Source: Escherichia phage EC148. Taken from it: DNA of 64,000 nt. The notes under the pieces were generated by a model. The model saw nothing but the letters and a program-made list of their open reading frames with translations. It was not told where the DNA came from and ran no database searches. Location: sequence record NC_106721.1. The stretch is one strand, 5' to 3'. A program made the translations under genes and the position numbers. Each line of letters starts with the position of its first letter. Position 1 is the first letter of the stretch. Shown in pieces: positions 29,451 through 37,117 of this stretch.

Positions 29451-29640
29451 ATGAATTTTTAATAAAGTTTAGTCACTTCATAAACTATACTACGAGATTC
29501 TTTATTACGTTCTATTAAATTAGAATATGCTTTTTCAGCTTCATTTTTAGTATTAAAGTCTATAACGTGGGAGGTATTCGCTCTATTTGATTGACTATAC
29601 CAGATAACTACTAATAATTTAAACATAATAGTCCTTAAGT

Positions 29641-29727
29641 TGGTGCTGGGCACAGGATTCGAACCTGTAACGGGATTACTCCTCCTGATTACAAATCAGG
29701 TGCATTCAACCATTCTGCCAACCCAGC
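29641..29727 (-). tRNA. type II tRNA (long variable arm), anticodon loop TTTGTAA (reads as UGU), identity unresolved
   Basis: 87 nt; Ser/Leu-like body (3 bp D-stem, 15 nt variable arm) but anticodon not Ser/Leu/Tyr. Confidence 0.45.
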
Positions 29728-29892
29728 AGAACCCGTTATTTCAACGGGATTTCTTTTTCAATAACAGGAGACTTATCAGTCATAACCGCCATTGCCATTT
29801 GTTGTAGAAATTCAAAGGTGAAGGCTACACGTTCTTCACCAATCTCTACTTCTACACGTTTCTTTTGTTTATCGATCTTGACTTTTAGGTTA

Positions 29893-30144
29893 TCAGCCAT
29901 TAGAGAGTACAGTACTGGTAGTTGGCAATACTACAGATGAAGCAACAGTGTTTAAATGCTTTCTCCAGTCTAGGTTAAATTGTTTTCGAAACTCTTCATA
30001 AGGTTCTTCTGGATAAAAGCTAAAACCTCCTTTCTCATCATTCAGGATAACAGAGCCGTCAGTTTGTTCGTATGCTCGGTATGTTTCTCCAATAACAATA
30101 ACTCGTTTTTCGGTACTTTTATTACGAAACTCAAAAACGTGCAT
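29893..30144 (-). CDS. hypothetical protein
   Basis: 83 aa ORF. Confidence 0.4.
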   Translation of the reverse strand: MHVFEFRNKSTEKRVIVIGETYRAYEQTDGSVILNDEKGGFSFYPEEPYEEFRKQFNLDWRKHLNTVASSVVLPTTSTVLSNG

Positions 30145-30160
30145 AATGTTTCCTTAAAGT

Positions 30161-30236
30161 TGGAGCGGCTAGAGGGAATCGAACCCTACTCAGCGAGGCT
30201 TGGAAGGCCTGCGGCACAACCCGTGTGCTTAACCGC
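30161..30236 (-). tRNA. tRNA-Gly (UCC)
   Basis: 76 nt; anticodon loop CTTCCAA; T-arm GGGAATCGAACCC. Confidence 0.6.
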
Positions 30237-30244
30237 TTATTGTT

Positions 30245-30320
30245 TGGCTGGAGAAGGAGGAATCGAACCTACCATTAACGGAGTCAAAGGCCGTTGTGCT
30301 AACCGTTACACTACTCTCCA
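30245..30320 (-). tRNA. tRNA-Gln (UUG)
   Basis: 76 nt; anticodon loop CTTTGAC. Confidence 0.55.
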
Positions 30321-30326
30321 ATTATT

Positions 30327-30402
30327 TGGCTGGGATGCCACGGATCGAACGTGGAACCTTCGGAGTCAGAGGCCGACGATCTGCCAATTGATCTACATCC
30401 CA
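30327..30402 (-). tRNA. tRNA-Gln (CUG)
   Basis: 76 nt; anticodon loop CTCTGAC. Confidence 0.55.
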
Positions 30403-30414
30403 ATAATTTTTATT

Positions 30415-30609
30415 CTACGGAAAAATTGTTGTTGGCTCAGATTCTTCCAAACGTTTGCCTTCATGATCAACACGAATAACGCCGCATCCTTCGCAAATCA
30501 CAACTGCACCATAACCTTCTTTGACCTCAGCTTCTGTAATCAAACCAGAAAGATCACCAGTATCTTTACCCCACATATCAATGGAGCATTGTTTGCAGAA
30601 ATCAGCCAT
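30415..30609 (-). CDS. small Cys-rich protein
   Basis: 64 aa; CxxC ... CxxC. Confidence 0.35.
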   Translation of the reverse strand: MADFCKQCSIDMWGKDTGDLSGLITEAEVKEGYGAVVICEGCGVIRVDHEGKRLEESEPTTIFP

Positions 30610-30632
30610 ATTTTATTTCCTATTTAAGTTAA

Positions 30633-30709
30633 TTTGGGGTGGCTAGTGGAATTCGAATCCACATAGGCCTGATTCACAATCAGGATCATTAACCAATTAT
30701 GATATAGCC
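30633..30709 (-). tRNA. tRNA-His (GUG)
   Basis: 77 nt (extra 5' G typical of His); anticodon loop TTGTGAA. Confidence 0.65.
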
Positions 30710-31077
30710 ACAATTGAAAACTCGCAGGGTTAGCGAAACCTTCCTCAATTAGCATGTTCTAGAATACTAATCAAGTTATCTCCTATTGCACGCAGCTCAA
30801 GACGAGTACGAATTTTCAATTGTGGCGGCTCTCAGAAACTCTTCTACTCTAGTCTTAGCAGCTTACTCCCGAACGCATGTCGGGGAAGTCTTACTAAGCG
30901 CATCAAATAGCACCGTTACACTTTGAGCCATTGGTGTATCAAGAAGCAGAAGGACTTGAACCTTCACGAGATAGACCATTTATCTCAGCCGCTTTATGAG
31001 GTATGTTGCAGGGAGTGGATGTTCCCTATAAACCTTTTAGGCAGCCCCGTCTACCGATTCCGGCATACTTCAGGATT

Positions 31078-31172
31078 TGGAGGTAGGTAAGGGGATCGAA
31101 CCCTTACACCGTATCACTACGATCAACCGATTTCAAGTCGGAGTCCAGCGCCAGCCATTGGATTGACCTACC
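31078..31172 (-). tRNA. tRNA-Ser (UGA), type II
   Basis: 95 nt; anticodon loop CTTGAAA; long variable arm. Confidence 0.5.
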
Positions 31173-31184
31173 ATATAAATTGTT

Positions 31185-31275
31185 TGGCGGAAGAGGAGAG
31201 ATTTGAACTCTCAAGCCGTTTTACCAGTCAGCCACTTTCCAAGCGGTTTTCGTCACCAATTCGATTTGCTCTTCC
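31185..31275 (-). tRNA. type II tRNA-like, anticodon unresolved
   Basis: 91 nt; perfect acceptor pairing and T-arm GAGAG-TTCAAAT-CTCTC but no canonical anticodon arm found by hand. Confidence 0.35.
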
Positions 31276-31311
31276 AATAACAAGATGATGCCTCTATCAC
31301 ACCAGGCAGTT

Positions 31312-31387
31312 ACGCCTCGCTGGGATTCGAACCCATTAAAACAGCTCAACCGAGATAGTAGGTTTAATTTACTCTGACCATCAAATT
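31312..31387 (-). tRNA. tRNA-like element, non-canonical
   Basis: T-arm GGGATTCGAACCC present but acceptor stem cannot be paired. Confidence 0.2.
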
Positions 31388-31464
31388 TGGTGCGTGACAA
31401 GGGATTCGAACCCTCAAAACCCGACTTCTAAGGACGGTATGTATGCCAATTCCATCAATCACGC
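31388..31464 (-). tRNA. tRNA, anticodon loop CTTAGAA (UAG, Leu by anticodon) on a class I body
   Basis: 77 nt; acceptor and T-arm clean; anticodon stem has one mismatch. Confidence 0.4.
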
Positions 31465-31469
31465 GTATT

Positions 31470-31548
31470 TGGTGGAGAATAACGGAATCGAACCGTTCTG
31501 ATGTCCTCGGTGCAAGCGAGGTGTCCACTCCATGCAGACCCATTCCCC
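31470..31548 (-). tRNA. tRNA-Ala (UGC)
   Basis: 79 nt; anticodon stem CCTCG/CGAGG, loop CTTGCAC. Confidence 0.55.
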
Positions 31549-31567
31549 AAATTATTTAGTTTACTAA

Positions 31568-31741
31568 GGCTATTAGCTCGGCGTAACTACAGCACCTTCG
31601 CTTCGAGCGGAAGGAACCGCGTCATCTCGCAAACCCGATACACTATTCAGTTGCCACTGAATCTAGTGGACTAATCTAGAACTTCTCCCGAATCGTAGGG
31701 ATCGTGCTTTTTGGCAGCCAGTCCTAGGTCGAGCTAATACC
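31568..31741 (-). ncRNA. structured RNA candidate closed by a 12 bp long-range stem
   Basis: GGCTATTAGCTCG at 31568 pairs with CGAGCTAATACC at 31730; internal GC-rich hairpins; no ORF; directly downstream of promoter 31787-31815. Confidence 0.3.
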
Positions 31742-31786
31742 TTAGTGAACTATGATGAGGATTTCTCCTCATCAATTTATATAAAT

Positions 31787-31815
31787 ATTATAACAAGAAA
31801 TTAAGCATTAAGCAA
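31787..31815 (-). promoter_or_regulatory. early promoter, TTGCTT-17-TATAAT, feeding the tRNA/structured-RNA unit
   Basis: conserved cassette; leader contains palindrome GATGAGGAGAAATCCTCATC. Confidence 0.55.
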
Positions 31816-31833
31816 CTGCGTTTTTCTTGAAAT

Positions 31834-31912
31834 TGGTAGATCGCCTGGGACTCGAACCCAGAACCTTCCGATTAAAAGTCGGATGCTACTAAACCTATTG
31901 AGCTAGCGATCT
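31834..31912 (-). tRNA. tRNA-Lys (UUU)
   Basis: 79 nt; anticodon stem TCCGA/TCGGA, loop CTTTTAA. Confidence 0.6.
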
Positions 31913-32101
31913 ATTAGTAACCATTATACACTTCTTTAATAGAGTGGACTTTTAAGTAAGGGTGATTAGTACTAAACTCTACCATTACTTCATCCCAATT
32001 TTTACCATAATGAGCGAGTAAGGATTTTGATGTATTCTTACCTAACCGTTTGTCACTTACTACTAATCGAAATACTTTCATTTCGAAATCCTCTATTAAA
32101 A

Positions 32102-32179
32102 TGGAAGCGGGTGCAGGAATCGAACCTACCTCTTTCTAGCTTATGAGACTAGCGATCTCTACCAGAGATCTAACCCGCA
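32102..32179 (-). tRNA. tRNA, anticodon CAU (Met or Ile-lysidine)
   Basis: 78 nt; D-stem GATC/GATC, anticodon loop CTCATAA. Confidence 0.6.
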
Positions 32180-32185
32180 ATTGTT

Positions 32186-32261
32186 TGGTCAGTGCGGCAG
32201 GACTCGAACCTGCGACCCGAAGCATCCAAGGCTCCCACGCTACCAACTGCGCTACGCACTG
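32186..32261 (-). tRNA. tRNA-Pro (UGG)
   Basis: 76 nt; anticodon loop CTTGGAT; T-arm GCAGG-TTCGAGT-CCTGC. Confidence 0.6.
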
Positions 32262-32270
32262 TTAATTCTT

Positions 32271-32468
32271 TTATTGTGGAGGAATATTAATAATTCGTCC
32301 GTCTACACAATAAACGGTACTAGGAATTGTACTATATATGTAGAAATTCTTTATATTACTCTCTCCGCCACAGAAATTTTTAGCAAATTCATACTCTTTA
32401 TTAATGGTTGAGTCAAGTTTAAAACAACCAGTAAGTAGGAATACAGACAGCAGTAAAACTTTTTTCAT
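32271..32468 (-). CDS. small lipoprotein
   Basis: 65 aa; signal peptide with lipobox LLTGC; own promoter upstream. Confidence 0.5.
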   Translation of the reverse strand: MKKVLLLSVFLLTGCFKLDSTINKEYEFAKNFCGGESNIKNFYIYSTIPSTVYCVDGRIINIPPQ

Positions 32469-32500
32469 TTTGCTTTCCTTCTCAACACTTTATAAGGTAT

Positions 32501-32529
32501 ATTATACAGAGAATTAAGCATAATAGCAA
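32501..32529 (-). promoter_or_regulatory. early promoter, TTGCTA-17-TATAAT
   Basis: conserved cassette upstream of the lipoprotein gene. Confidence 0.55.
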
Positions 32530-32679
32530 ATGAATTTTTAATAAATTTACTTATTGTGTAGGCCACCTGGAGGCTACCAACCCCACGGCTGACAAAGAAG
32601 TTTGCGAGACCTCTCTTAAGTGCCAGAATAGACCCGCCGATCTATCGGAACCTACATAATAAGTAAACTTTATAGTGTC

Positions 32680-32799
32680 ATTCTAGACAGGACTCGAACC
32701 TGTTATCACTTGTGCGGACTTACGAGAACCATTCTTTCACTCGAATCGAACGAGCTTCTGCCCTCGCCAAGCTGGTTTCCCCATCAACCACGCTAGAAT
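32680..32799 (-). tRNA. atypical 120 nt tRNA-like element (two T-arm-like hairpins)
   Basis: terminal 7 bp acceptor-like pairing ATTCTAG/CTAGAAT, T-arm ACAGG-TTCGAGT-CCTGT plus internal CTCG-TTCGATT-CGAG. Confidence 0.25.
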
Positions 32800-32810
32800 G
32801 TTTGATTGTT

Positions 32811-32915
32811 TTCAGTGCAAGAGTCCGAGTCTTGGACACGACCGCTTCGCAAGTACATAGGCAGCTTATCATGAGTCAGCACTTCCGAATTGCTAGCTCC
32901 GTGTTCTGCACTGAA
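32811..32915 (-). ncRNA. structured RNA candidate closed by TCAGTGCA/TGCACTGA
   Basis: 8 bp long-range inverted repeat enclosing about 85 nt of GC-richer sequence; overlapping plus-strand ORF looks spurious. Confidence 0.25.
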
Positions 32916-32921
32916 ATTTTA

Positions 32922-33269
32922 TTAGTTTAACCGTAAAGTATTATCTACTTCACCATTAATTGTTCGGCATTCTTCTGGGATTGCTGGTGTAGCCTTATAT
33001 TCCCACCATTCAGAACCGTCGTATTCACCACGTTCTAACCAAGTTCCATCAGTAAACCACACGTTACCATAAAGCAATTGCCCACCGAAACCAGAATCAT
33101 ATTTAAAGTCTAGATTATTTAGAAAATCTTCAATATCTTTTTCTGTATAACCTACGGGTAACACCCAAACTTCTTTGTCCCCATAATAACCGAATTCTAT
33201 CTTAATACACTTAACTTCAGAATTAATATTCTTTAAGGCAAGTAACAATTCTTCTTTAGCATTAATCAT
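32922..33269 (-). CDS. hypothetical protein
   Basis: 115 aa ORF. Confidence 0.45.
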   Translation of the reverse strand: MINAKEELLLALKNINSEVKCIKIEFGYYGDKEVWVLPVGYTEKDIEDFLNNLDFKYDSGFGGQLLYGNVWFTDGTWLERGEYDGSEWWEYKATPAIPEECRTINGEVDNTLRLN

Positions 33270-33295
33270 AGCATATTTCTCGTACTAGTTTAATT

Positions 33296-33372
33296 TGGCG
33301 CGACCGATGGGATTTGAACCCACATTCCCTCCCGTGACAGGGGAGTACCATTACCAAGCCAGCCCCGGTCGC
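33296..33372 (-). tRNA. tRNA-Asp (GUC)
   Basis: 77 nt; anticodon stem CTCCC/GGGAG, loop CTGTCAC. Confidence 0.65.
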
Positions 33373-33381
33373 ATAATTCAT

Positions 33382-33567
33382 TTACTCAGCTTTGAGTTTT
33401 TCAATAGCTGCATTAAGTTCTTTAAGAAACTTTTTTCGTACATTAAGACGGTTGAGACTTACTAGTATATCATGTTTAAGTTCTTCGATGTATTTCTTCT
33501 CAACTTCAATATTGTTGATAGTGCTATCACGATGAACTTCTAGCTGTGCAATTACATTCTTGGACAT
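33382..33567 (-). CDS. hypothetical coiled-coil protein
   Basis: 61 aa ORF. Confidence 0.3.
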   Translation of the reverse strand: MSKNVIAQLEVHRDSTINNIEVEKKYIEELKHDILVSLNRLNVRKKFLKELNAAIEKLKAE

Positions 33568-33669
33568 GCTTGTTTCCTCAGTTATTAATGAAAATGGTAT
33601 CTGTGACTGAATTCGATGTCAGCAATGATAGCTGGTTGGCTACCGGTTTACTTAACTCTACACAGAATT

Positions 33670-33752
33670 TGGCGGGCCGTGTAGGATTCGAACCTACGTT
33701 GTCTTTCGACATGGATTAACAGTCCACCGCCAAACCGCTTGGCTAACGACCC
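33670..33752 (-). tRNA. tRNA-Asn (GUU)
   Basis: 83 nt; anticodon loop CTGTTAA; unusually long (13 nt) variable region. Confidence 0.45.
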
Positions 33753-33904
33753 TAAATTTATATTGCTGACTAGGATTTTCACCTAGACGGAGTTAGCACC
33801 GTAGCGTGTAGCGGCATACCTCTCCAAACCGTGCCTCATCTTTCAATTACGGAGACAGTGTTCCTACGCGTGCCTGAATTGATTTAACAACTCTTTCAGC
33901 AAAT

Positions 33905-33980
33905 TGGACGACCGCATGAGATTTGAACTCACATAAAAAGGATTTGCAATCCTTCGCCTAAGCCATTCAGCCAACGGTCG
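33905..33980 (-). tRNA. tRNA-Cys (GCA)
   Basis: 76 nt; anticodon stem AAGGA/TCCTT, loop TTGCAAA. Confidence 0.6.
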
Positions 33981-34028
33981 ATTTATCTTGTTCTGTCATG
34001 TTGCTTCTCCAGTTCAATTTATGTAATT

Positions 34029-34057
34029 ATTATACAGAACTTTTGGAAACTAAGCAA
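34029..34057 (-). promoter_or_regulatory. early promoter, TTGCTT-17-TATAAT
   Basis: conserved cassette. Confidence 0.55.
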
Positions 34058-34337
34058 CTACATTTTTTAAAAATTTGATGCCTTTCTTTTTCTTCTTATA
34101 TTTCCACGTTAAGGGATTCTGTCGATTATGAACGCTTGAGATCTTTGTCTCGTCAAAGTTCTTCAATATCATGTAATCACAGGATAATTGTTCTAATGGA
34201 ATGTGATCACCGTCAAAAGCGTATACATAAGGCTGTTGACTAGCACGATAATGATAGACTTTGTTAATTCTACGCTTCAGCAACTTATCCGCGCAGTAAA
34301 TAAAGAAGTTTTCAGGATGCATCAGCAGCTCCCTCAA
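34050..34337 (-). CDS. hypothetical protein
   Basis: 95 aa ORF; 5' end may be shorter because the ORF start overlaps its own promoter. Confidence 0.3.
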   Translation of the reverse strand: MRELLMHPENFFIYCADKLLKRRINKVYHYRASQQPYVYAFDGDHIPLEQLSCDYMILKNFDETKISSVHNRQNPLTWKYKKKKKGIKFLKNVVA

Positions 34338-34339
34338 TT

Positions 34340-34414
34340 TGGTGCACCCTGTTCGTATCGAACGAACCTCTCAAGCTCTTCAGGCAAGCGCTAATCCATC
34401 TCAGCTAAAGGTGC
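34340..34414 (-). tRNA. tRNA-Phe (GAA), tentative
   Basis: 75 nt; anticodon loop CTGAAGA; anticodon stem has two U-U mismatches. Confidence 0.4.
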
Positions 34415-34420
34415 AAATTT

Positions 34421-34497
34421 TGGCAAACCTACTAGGACTCGAACCTAGACCGTACGGTTTTGGAGACCGACATGCTGTCCAGTAACACTCTAGGAAT
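34421..34497 (-). tRNA. tRNA-Trp (CCA)
   Basis: 77 nt; anticodon loop CTCCAAA; two acceptor mismatches. Confidence 0.45.
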
Positions 34498-34505
34498 GCA
34501 GGAAT

Positions 34506-34582
34506 TGGCGTCCTGTGCGGGGATCGAACCCACAAATCCTACCTTGAAAGGGTAGTGACTTTACCAGTTTGTCTAACAGGAC
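34506..34582 (-). tRNA. tRNA-Glu (UUC)
   Basis: 77 nt; anticodon stem CTACC/GGTAG, loop CTTTCAA. Confidence 0.6.
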
Positions 34583-34589
34583 TTAAATT

Positions 34590-34680
34590 TGGTGTTGGAT
34601 GATGGAGTCGAACCACCCGAGACCCTTCCGAGTCGGCAGATTTACAGTCTGCTTCGCTACCTCTACGATACTAATCCAAC
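34590..34680 (-). tRNA. tRNA-Tyr (GUA), type II
   Basis: 91 nt; anticodon stem GCAGA/TCTGC, loop CTGTAAA; long variable arm. Confidence 0.6.
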
Positions 34681-34761
34681 ATATTTAAAAGTATTCAAAT
34701 ACTAGTTTAAACACTTTTAGATATGTTTCCAAATTAGATAACTATTATATCAAGTTTTATG

Positions 34762-34800
34762 GCACTGAGCAAGTCAAATTTTAAAGAACTTGCTCAGTGC
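34762..34800 (-). terminator. 13 bp perfect hairpin (terminator or processing site)
   Basis: GCACTGAGCAAGT ... ACTTGCTCAGTGC immediately downstream of the TGA-containing ORF; no clear U-tract. Confidence 0.4.
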
Positions 34801-34808
34801 TGTATTAG

Positions 34809-35084
34809 TTAGTCGAACTTAGGAGCGACAGTTAAGGAGAATGGAAGTTCGAAAACTTCTTCGCCCTCATCACTAACAGTAATTACACGACCTTTAAGTT
34901 CAGACATTGAAATATCAATATCAGCTTTTGCATCTGGAGCCATGCCAGCTTCAATACATTTAGCTTTAACTTCCGGCAGAAGTTCTACATCGTAGAAATA
35001 AAGCCATTCAATCTCACCTTCCCAGCCTTCTCAGGATTTACAGATTGCACTTTCAATACCAGTTGCTATAACACGATTTTGCAT
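34809..35084 (-). CDS. early ORF interrupted by an in-frame TGA at codon 18
   Basis: promoter and conserved leader abut the ATG at 35084; 17 codons, then TGA (35031-35033), then 73 in-frame sense codons to TAA at 34809. Confidence 0.35.
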
Positions 35085-35114
35085 TCGTTAACTCCTTCAT
35101 CAATTTATATAACT

Positions 35115-35144
35115 ATTATACCAGAAATTTAAAGCAAAAGGCAA
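35115..35144 (-). promoter_or_regulatory. early promoter, TTGCCT-18-TATAAT
   Basis: conserved cassette with variant -35. Confidence 0.5.
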
Positions 35145-35174
35145 GTACATTTTTAAAAATTCTGTTTGGAGGAG

Positions 35175-35381
35175 CTAAACTCCAGATTCTTCAGCTAAGT
35201 CTAGGCTAATAAGAGATATAGCCATAATTGCTGCTCCGTGTTCTCTTTCTCCTGTCTCTTTAGCTAGGGTTATAATATCAAGAAATTGCTTATGAAAGTC
35301 TGCAACCTCTTGAGTCATACCTGCCTCAGCAATCATGCCTTTAAGCATGAAACGTTGTGCGGTAATTTCGGGATTAGCCAT
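35175..35381 (-). CDS. hypothetical protein
   Basis: 68 aa ORF. Confidence 0.4.
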   Translation of the reverse strand: MANPEITAQRFMLKGMIAEAGMTQEVADFHKQFLDIITLAKETGEREHGAAIMAISLISLDLAEESGV

Positions 35382-35556
35382 GTTGTTTCTCCAGTTTCAT
35401 GTTTAATAGTCTACAAATAAAATCAATGTCTTCATCTGTGCCTAGATCTCTATCTTCAAGAGTTGCCTTGAAGTTTTTCGTCAATTCCATGAGGATAACT
35501 TCTCTAGAACGACGTGTTGGCGGAGGTGGATGTCTATACATCTTATTTCCTTAAGT

Positions 35557-35633
35557 TGGTAGGGGTGGTGGGATTCGAACCCACAAAACCTGAATTTTAA
35601 GTCCAGTACCTATACCAATTCGATTACACCCCC
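35557..35633 (-). tRNA. tRNA, anticodon loop CTTAAAA (UAA, Leu by anticodon) on a class I body
   Basis: 77 nt; acceptor GGGGGTG, T-arm GTGGG-TTCGAAT-CCCAC; 5 nt variable loop. Confidence 0.4.
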
Positions 35634-35734
35634 ATGTAATCAGTTTATTAGTTGATACATATTATAGCCTAGTGAAAATCCTACTACTAGTCCCACAAAC
35701 CAACCAATATAATAATCTTTTAGTTTCACAGGTA

Positions 35735-35920
35735 TTATCCTCGTTCAATATCTAGGGAAACACCGCAGTTAGGATTAATACCTGTACCGTTGCAATTTGA
35801 ACAAATCCAGATATTGCAAAAAGTATCTCCTGCTTCTGCATCAGAACTTTCACCAATTCCCCTACACTCAGGGCAGGCACATTCTTCTAGCTCTTGCTTG
35901 AGTTCTTGAAACTTGGACAT
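35735..35920 (-). CDS. small Cys-rich protein
   Basis: 61 aa; CACPEC ... CSNCNG. Confidence 0.4.
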   Translation of the reverse strand: MSKFQELKQELEECACPECRGIGESSDAEAGDTFCNIWICSNCNGTGINPNCGVSLDIERG

Positions 35921-35929
35921 ATAGTCTCC

Positions 35930-36118
35930 TTAGTCAATTACTTTTGAGGCTTCAAGGGAGTCGATATAGTATACGTTTTCTACCATAATCATATAATCTG
36001 CCACTTTATCCATAGCTTGGGCCTCAGAGGTAGCTCTGGCTAACCTATATCCTTTTTTATATTCATCCGGGTATTCTCTATCTTGAATAAATACAACATA
36101 AACTATGTATAATTCCAC
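35930..36118 (-). CDS. hypothetical protein
   Basis: ORF track 35930..36265 runs into tRNA genes; start moved to a GTG with AGGGG RBS near 36118. Confidence 0.3.
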   Translation of the reverse strand: MELYIVYVVFIQDREYPDEYKKGYRLARATSEAQAMDKVADYMIMVENVYYIDSLEASKVID

Positions 36119-36138
36119 TTGTAATCCCCTAATTAAGT

Positions 36139-36216
36139 TGGTGGCTCCCCGAGGATTCGAACCTACGTACCTTCCGGTTATGAGCCGGGTGCTCATACCA
36201 TATGAGCTTGAGAACC
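36139..36216 (-). tRNA. tRNA, anticodon CAU (Met/fMet or Ile-lysidine)
   Basis: 78 nt; anticodon loop CTCATAA; third CAU tRNA in the cluster. Confidence 0.5.
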
Positions 36217-36222
36217 AGAATT

Positions 36223-36311
36223 TGGCGGAAGAAGTGGGAATCGAACCCACAAGGCTATATTTCAAACCGACAGATTAGCAATCTGCTGCAATACCGTTAT
36301 GCTATTCTTCC
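36223..36311 (-). tRNA. tRNA-Ser (GCU), type II
   Basis: 89 nt; anticodon loop TTGCTAA; long variable arm. Confidence 0.55.
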
Positions 36312-36332
36312 GAATTTATAAGATATATTATA

Positions 36333-36851
36333 TTAGAAATTTAGCTTCATAGCAAGAAAATTTTTCAAGTTTTCGGTAGACATCTCATCCACATCTACGG
36401 GAGAAACAAAGCCGTTTAATTTTCTAGCAAATTTTTCACCCGCAGGATCGTTGTCTCCGACAGCTACCAATTTAAAAGGTAATAATTTCAGTTGCTTTAA
36501 TAACGCTTTTCCTGGAGAAGAACCTAACATTGCCAGGGCTGGATAACCAGCGTTATGTAGCGCAACTGCCTTAAATACAGATTCAGCGATCAATACTACT
36601 TTTTCATCTCCATTGAGAGTTTCTAGTCCCCATACACACTGGGTAGTAGAATAAGTAAAATATTTAGCTTCAAAGGGACACTTACCATGACCTTTTGGAG
36701 CAGAAGGATTATACGTCTGATAGCCTCGCAACATCCCGGAGAAGTCATACAACGGGACTGTTAGCCATCCTTCCGGACTTAACCAGCAATGATATTTATC
36801 TGTATCAAATCCTCTGGATAAGAGGTGCTGTGTTAGCTCATCAACATTCAT
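36333..36851 (-). CDS. Toprim-like domain protein (putative)
   Basis: start taken at MNVDELT; C-terminal E ... VGDNDPAG resembles a Toprim acidic motif. Confidence 0.3.
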   Translation of the reverse strand: MNVDELTQHLLSRGFDTDKYHCWLSPEGWLTVPLYDFSGMLRGYQTYNPSAPKGHGKCPFEAKYFTYSTTQCVWGLETLNGDEKVVLIAESVFKAVALHNAGYPALAMLGSSPGKALLKQLKLLPFKLVAVGDNDPAGEKFARKLNGFVSPVDVDEMSTENLKNFLAMKLNF

Positions 36852-36881
36852 ATTTGGTTCCTCTCTCAAATTTATAGATAT

Positions 36882-36910
36882 ATTATACAGAGAATTTAGC
36901 ATTCAAGCAA
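36882..36910 (-). promoter_or_regulatory. early promoter, TTGCTT-17-TATAAT
   Basis: conserved cassette. Confidence 0.55.
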
Positions 36911-37026
36911 TCAAATTTTTTAACTTTTTAGAGGAAAATCATAGGGCACTTAAGGGTAGCAGATAAGTGGGGAGGACCAAAATTTGTGACCCCACTAAAA
37001 ATCCGGGGGCAATTTTTAAAGACCCC

Positions 37027-37055
37027 TTGACATTTTCGCTGGGGTAGTGTAAAGT
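37027..37055 (+). promoter_or_regulatory. plus-strand sigma70-type promoter (TTGACA-17-TAAAGT)
   Basis: consensus -35; differs from the TTGCTT-TATAAT early cassette; precedes the plus-strand three-gene cassette. Confidence 0.45.
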
Positions 37056-37117
37056 ATATGTTATGGATGAGTGATCAAAGAGACACACATTTTCTATATA
37101 CTAGGAGGTGTCAAAAT

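Noticed and set aside
29980-30627. 215 aa plus-strand ORF from the six-frame track
   Set aside because: It runs across three minus-strand tRNA genes and a promoter; low-complexity translation; spurious.
30940-31020. Additional tRNA suggested by T-loop motif GGACTTGAACC
   Set aside because: No complementary 5' acceptor strand could be found within 120 nt; left as an unassigned tRNA-like fragment.
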